A stretch of DNA of 64,000 bases from the NCBI GenBank assembly GCA_902489645.1, contig CABUAW010000004.1:13667-77666 (forward strand). Reading direction: 5' to 3'. Within the stretch, counting starts at the first letter, position 1. Every line of letters begins with the position of its first letter. This DNA comes from an uncultured Lachnospiraceae bacterium (GTDB taxonomy: Bacteria > Bacillota > Clostridia > Lachnospirales > Lachnospiraceae). This document shows positions 59,847 to 64,000 of this stretch, piece after piece. A program made the position numbers and the translations under genes. The notes below the pieces were generated by a model, which was not told the DNA's origin, did no database searches, and saw only the letters and a program-made list of their open reading frames with translations.

Positions 59847-60500
59847 ATGAAATTTTTTATTGACACAGCAAAGGTCGAGGATATTAAAAAAGCAAACGAT
59901 ATGGGCGTTATCTGTGGCGTAACGACAAACCCATCTTTAATTGCAAAGGAAGGCCGTGTCTTTGAAGAAGTTATTGCTGAAATTGCGTCTATCGTTGACG
60001 GACCAATCAGCGGTGAAGTTAAAGCGACAACAATAGATGCCGAAGGAATGATTGCCGAAGGCCGTGCCATCGCCGCAATCCATCCAAATATGGTGGTTAA
60101 AATTCCTATGACAGCCGAAGGCTTAAAAGCATGTAAAGTATTGTCTTCCGAAGGTATTAAGACAAATGTTACTTTGATTTTTACAGCAAATCAGGCATTA
60201 CTGGCAGCGAGAGCAGGTGCAACCTATGTATCCCCATTCCTGGGCAGACTGGATGATATTTCCACACCAGGCATTGATTTAATCCGTACAATCTCCGAAA
60301 TTTTTGCTGTGGCAGGTATTGAAACAGAAATTATCGCAGCAAGTGTTCGTCACCCAATCCATGTCATTGACTGCGCGCTTGCAGGCGCTGATATTGCAAC
60401 TGTTCCATACAGTGTTATCGAGCAGATGATTAAACATCCGCTGACAGAACAGGGAATTGAGAAGTTCCAGGCAGATTATAAGGCTGTATTTGGTGAATAA
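59847..60500 (+). CDS. tal: Transaldolase / fructose-6-phosphate aldolase family
   Basis: [19 protein letters not shown] and YVSPFLGR motifs; next to transketolase. Confidence 0.85.
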   Translation: MKFFIDTAKVEDIKKANDMGVICGVTTNPSLIAKEGRVFEEVIAEIASIVDGPISGEVKATTIDAEGMIAEGRAIAAIHPNMVVKIPMTAEGLKACKVLSSEGIKTNVTLIFTANQALLAARAGATYVSPFLGRLDDISTPGIDLIRTISEIFAVAGIETEIIAASVRHPIHVIDCALAGADIATVPYSVIEQMIKHPLTEQGIEKFQADYKAVFGE

Positions 60501-60574
60501 TCCGTTTTATATGTAACGATACGGGATGAATAGCGGGAATGTCCCGCTATTCCTATGAGAAAAAGGCAGGTTAG

Positions 60575-61414
60575 ATGATGAATACAATAGAACTTCAAAA
60601 GATGGCCAATGATATCCGAAAGGGTATCGTAACGGCTGTACACAGTGCAAAATCCGGACATCCGGGCGGCTCTTTATCCGCAGCAGATATTTTCACATAT
60701 CTTTACTTTGAAGAGATGAACGTGGACCCGAATGTTCCGGCCAGGGAAGACAGAGACCGCTTCGTATTATCCAAAGGTCATGTGGCGCCGGCCTACTATT
60801 CGACATTAGCCCACAAAGGATTTTTCCCGGTAGAGGATTTGAAAACTCTCCGTAAGGTTGGCTCTTATCTTCAGGGACATCCGGATAAAAAACATATTCC
60901 GGGCGTCGATATGTCCAGCGGTTCTCTGGGACAGGGCGTTTCTGCGGCTGTCGGTATGGCTTTATCCGCAAAATTGAGTGACGATACTTACCGCGTATAC
61001 ACACTGCTCGGCGACGGAGAAATTCAGGAAGGCCAGGTTTGGGAAGCGGCCATGTTTGCCGGTGCGCGGAAATTGGATAATCTCGTGGTTATCGTGGATA
61101 ATAACGGTCTTCAGATTGACGGAAATGTTGCGGACGTATGTTCTCCGTACCCGATTGATAAAAAATTCGAAGCATTTAATTTCCATGTAATTAATATTGA
61201 CGGCCATGATTTTGAACAGATTGCCGCAGCCTTTGAGGAGGCCCGGGCAACAAAAGGAATGCCGACGGCGATTATCGCGAAAACTGTCAAGGGAAAAGGC
61301 GTTTCCTTCATGGAAAATCAGGCAAGCTGGCACGGCACCGCGCCGAATGATGAACAGTACAAGGTTGCTATGGAAGATTTGGAGAAAGTAGGTGAAGCAC
61401 TGTGTCAGAAGTAA
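60575..61414 (+). CDS. Transketolase, N-terminal subunit
   Basis: SGHPGGSLS, DRFVLSKGH and GDGE TPP motif. Confidence 0.93.
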   Translation: MMNTIELQKMANDIRKGIVTAVHSAKSGHPGGSLSAADIFTYLYFEEMNVDPNVPAREDRDRFVLSKGHVAPAYYSTLAHKGFFPVEDLKTLRKVGSYLQGHPDKKHIPGVDMSSGSLGQGVSAAVGMALSAKLSDDTYRVYTLLGDGEIQEGQVWEAAMFAGARKLDNLVVIVDNNGLQIDGNVADVCSPYPIDKKFEAFNFHVINIDGHDFEQIAAAFEEARATKGMPTAIIAKTVKGKGVSFMENQASWHGTAPNDEQYKVAMEDLEKVGEALCQK

Positions 61415-62340
61415 AGAAGATTGCCACAAGAGAAAGCTATGGAAACGCTTTGACAGAGCTTGGCGCAAAACATGATAATTTAATTGTTCTGGACGCAGAC
61501 CTTGCTGCGGCTACAAAAACAAGCATATTTAAAAAAGCCTATCCTGAGCGTCATATTGACTGCGGTATCGCTGAAAGCAATATGATGGGTATTGCGGCCG
61601 GTTTGGCGGCTACGGGGAAAGTACCTTTTGCAAGTACCTTTGCCATGTTTGCGGCGGGCCGTGCCTTTGAACAGATTCGGAATTCCATCGGTTATCCGAA
61701 GCTGAATGTAAAAATCGGAGCAACCCATGCAGGCATTTCCGTCGGTGAAGACGGGGCAACCCATCAGTGTAACGAGGACATCGCTTTAATGCGGACGATT
61801 CCGGGAATGGTTGTTATCAATCCGGCCGATGACGTGGAAGCGAAAGCGGCGGTTTATGCAGCTTATGAGCATGAGGGTCCGGTATATATGCGTTTTGGAC
61901 GTTTAGCGGTTCCGGTTATCAATGACAATCCGGATTATAAATTTGAAATCGGTAAAGGAATTACCTTAAAAGAAGGTAAGGATATAACAATTATTGCTAC
62001 GGGACTTTGCGTTTCCGAATCTCTGGAAGCCGCAAAGCTGTTGGCGGCAGATGGAATTGATGCCAGGGTTATCAATATCCACACAATTAAACCTCTGGAC
62101 GAGGAATTGGTTGTAAAGGCGGCGAAAGAGACCGGACGTATTTTCACTGTAGAAGAACATTCGATTATCGGAGGCCTTGGAAGTGCGGTTTGTGACACAC
62201 TGTCAGCTCAGCAGCCGACAAAGGTGACAAAAATCGGTGTGGAAGATACTTACGGCGAATCCGGTCCGGCCGTGGAATTAATTCACAAATATGGTCTGGA
62301 TGCGGAAGGTATTTACAAGAAGATTAAAGCATTTTTATAA
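61402..62340 (+). CDS. Transketolase, C-terminal subunit
   Basis: GIAE, GEDGATHQ, TIKPLD, VEEH..GGLGS. Confidence 0.93.
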   Translation: MSEVKKIATRESYGNALTELGAKHDNLIVLDADLAAATKTSIFKKAYPERHIDCGIAESNMMGIAAGLAATGKVPFASTFAMFAAGRAFEQIRNSIGYPKLNVKIGATHAGISVGEDGATHQCNEDIALMRTIPGMVVINPADDVEAKAAVYAAYEHEGPVYMRFGRLAVPVINDNPDYKFEIGKGITLKEGKDITIIATGLCVSESLEAAKLLAADGIDARVINIHTIKPLDEELVVKAAKETGRIFTVEEHSIIGGLGSAVCDTLSAQQPTKVTKIGVEDTYGESGPAVELIHKYGLDAEGIYKKIKAFL

Positions 62341-62456
62341 GCAGAATTAAGACGATTAAAATACGGCCTGCGGACAAAAACATTTGTTCGCAGGCTCTTG
62401 TGTTTTGTATGAAAATCCGCTATAATCTAAAGTGGTTTCTTATTTATTAAATTGAA

Positions 62457-63698
62457 GTGAAAGGCATGAAAATGAAAAACAGTGATTTTTATGATTTTGG
62501 TGAACAGATACAAAAAATTGTCCAGTCAGCCATTGACTCCAATGATTTCAGCGAGCTGAATAAAACGGTGCGCGCTACGGTAAACGATGCGGTGGATGTG
62601 GTTCGTTCCGGCGTTTCTCAGGCATCGGAAAGCGTTGCAAAAGCGCAGAATCCAAATACAAGAAGGGCGTCCTCAGCTCCGCAGGTACATCGGACCCAGG
62701 CCAGAAGCCAGGCTTCCTATAAGGCGCGGGAGAAAGAGCAGTCCCAATATTTTGTGGACCATCCGAAGGGAGAAATCACCGGAACGCTGATGGTCGTTAT
62801 CGGGTTTATTTTGAGTACCATGGTTGGTATTGGACTGGCCGTGCTGGTTATCATCCGGTTTGTTCTGGACGGCCTGACGGCCCTGCTTATCCCGATTTTG
62901 ATTTTATTGCTTCTTTTTATTTTGTTTATGCTCATTGGTATGCGGGGGCATCGCATGACATCCCGGATTAAGCGCTTCAGGGAATATCGGAGAATTCTGG
63001 ACGACCGGGAATTCTGTGACGTTGAGGAGCTGGCGGAGAAACTTGGAAAGACGCCGGGATATATTGTCAAGGATTTAAAAGATATGATGTCCTGCCGAAT
63101 GTTTCTGCAGGGACATTTTGATAAGCAGAACAAGTGCTTTATGATTACGGACCATGCTTATGACCAGTATTGTCTGGCCCAGAAAAGTCTGGAAGAGCGG
63201 GAAGCCCAGGCGAAGGCCGATGCGGCGAAGATGTCAGACCCGAAATATTCAGAGGAAGTCCGGCAGATGCTTACCGAAGGAAATCGTTATGTAAAGCACA
63301 TCCGTGAATGTAATGACGCCATTCCGGGGGTGGAGATTTCGGCGAAGATATCCCGTCTTGAGTTGATTGTTTCCAGAATCTTTGCACAGGTGGAGAAGGA
63401 CCCGACGCTGGCGCCGGAGCTTCATCAGTTTATGAATTATTATCTGCCGACGACCCAGAAGCTTCTGGACGTTTATCGGGAACTGGATACTCAGCCGGTA
63501 CAGGGACAGAATATTTCAGACACCAAAAAGGAAATAGAGGCCACTTTGGATACAATTAATCAGGCGTTTGAAAATCTTTTGGATAGCTGTTATAAAGATA
63601 CGGCATGGGATGTTTCAACAGATATTTCTGTTTTGAATACGATGCTTGCAAATGAGGGGCTGACGGGGGATGAATTATCCCGAGATACACGTGGTTAA
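62457..63698 (+). CDS. XpaC-like (5-bromo-4-chloroindolyl phosphate hydrolysis family) membrane protein
   Basis: Two TM segments plus FMNYYLPTT..LDTINQAF..DISVL; precedes a telA-like gene. Confidence 0.8.
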   Translation: MKGMKMKNSDFYDFGEQIQKIVQSAIDSNDFSELNKTVRATVNDAVDVVRSGVSQASESVAKAQNPNTRRASSAPQVHRTQARSQASYKAREKEQSQYFVDHPKGEITGTLMVVIGFILSTMVGIGLAVLVIIRFVLDGLTALLIPILILLLLFILFMLIGMRGHRMTSRIKRFREYRRILDDREFCDVEELAEKLGKTPGYIVKDLKDMMSCRMFLQGHFDKQNKCFMITDHAYDQYCLAQKSLEEREAQAKADAAKMSDPKYSEEVRQMLTEGNRYVKHIRECNDAIPGVEISAKISRLELIVSRIFAQVEKDPTLAPELHQFMNYYLPTTQKLLDVYRELDTQPVQGQNISDTKKEIEATLDTINQAFENLLDSCYKDTAWDVSTDISVLNTMLANEGLTGDELSRDTRG

Positions 63699-63736
63699 AA
63701 TACATAGGAAAATGAATAAAGTAAGGAGAGGGAAAG

Positions 63737-64000
63737 ATGAGCGAAGCATTTAAAGAGTTTCAGACAGCACCGACGTTGGTATTTGATGAAGTGCCGGAGA
63801 TGAAAGAAAAAGCCGAACTGGCGGAAACGGCCGCAAAGGAACCGGAACCGATGGATGATTCCGTATTGAGCGACGAGGAGCGGGCCATGGTGGACAGCTT
63901 CAGTCAGCAGATTGACCTGAACAATACGAATGCAATTTTGAAATATGGTGCAGGTGTTCAGAAAAAAATGGCCGATTTTTCGGAAGCGGCGCTGGAAAAT
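63737..64000 (+). CDS. Toxic anion resistance protein TelA/YaaN, N-terminal part (runs off window)
   Basis: Own translation MSEAFKEF..IDLNNTNAILKYGAGVQKKMADFSE; xpaC-telA gene order. Confidence 0.8.
   Translation, partial: MSEAFKEFQTAPTLVFDEVPEMKEKAELAETAAKEPEPMDDSVLSDEERAMVDSFSQQIDLNNTNAILKYGAGVQKKMADFSEAALEN

Overview
Clostridial (Lachnospiraceae-like, apparently spore-forming) chromosomal segment. Most of it is housekeeping DNA on the + strand: rho, rpmE, prmC, prfA, hisC, an hfs-type [FeFe]-hydrogenase cluster, perR-rbr, metA, carAB, glnA plus an ANTAR regulator, gatCAB, sbcDC, htrA, clpX, a Csp-like protease, tal and tkt. A ~12.1 kb AT-rich integrative element (14780-26894) sits in the 3' end of the reverse-rubrerythrin gene. 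It supplies a recoded replacement C-terminus and terminator and displaces the native 3' end to 26887-26943. The element encodes a tyrosine integrase, a second atypical tyrosine-recombinase-fold protein (candidate relaxase next to a candidate oriT hairpin), an ArdC-like protein, a DUF4373-like putative replication protein with iteron-like repeats, a membrane-anchored Zn-ribbon/ECF sigma fusion, and a protein resembling a catalytically dead serine resolvase with two HTHs. It also carries three copies of a ~99 bp promoter cassette, each with two TT(T/A)TGATA-N16-TATCAAAA operators, and two candidate sRNAs sharing a motif. Other points: carB has an in-frame nonsense codon, GATC is nearly absent from host DNA but common in the element, a REP-like repeat cluster lies before clpX, and a dual-hairpin ANTAR-type attenuator precedes glnA. 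All calls come from reading the sequence and ORF track; no database searches were run.
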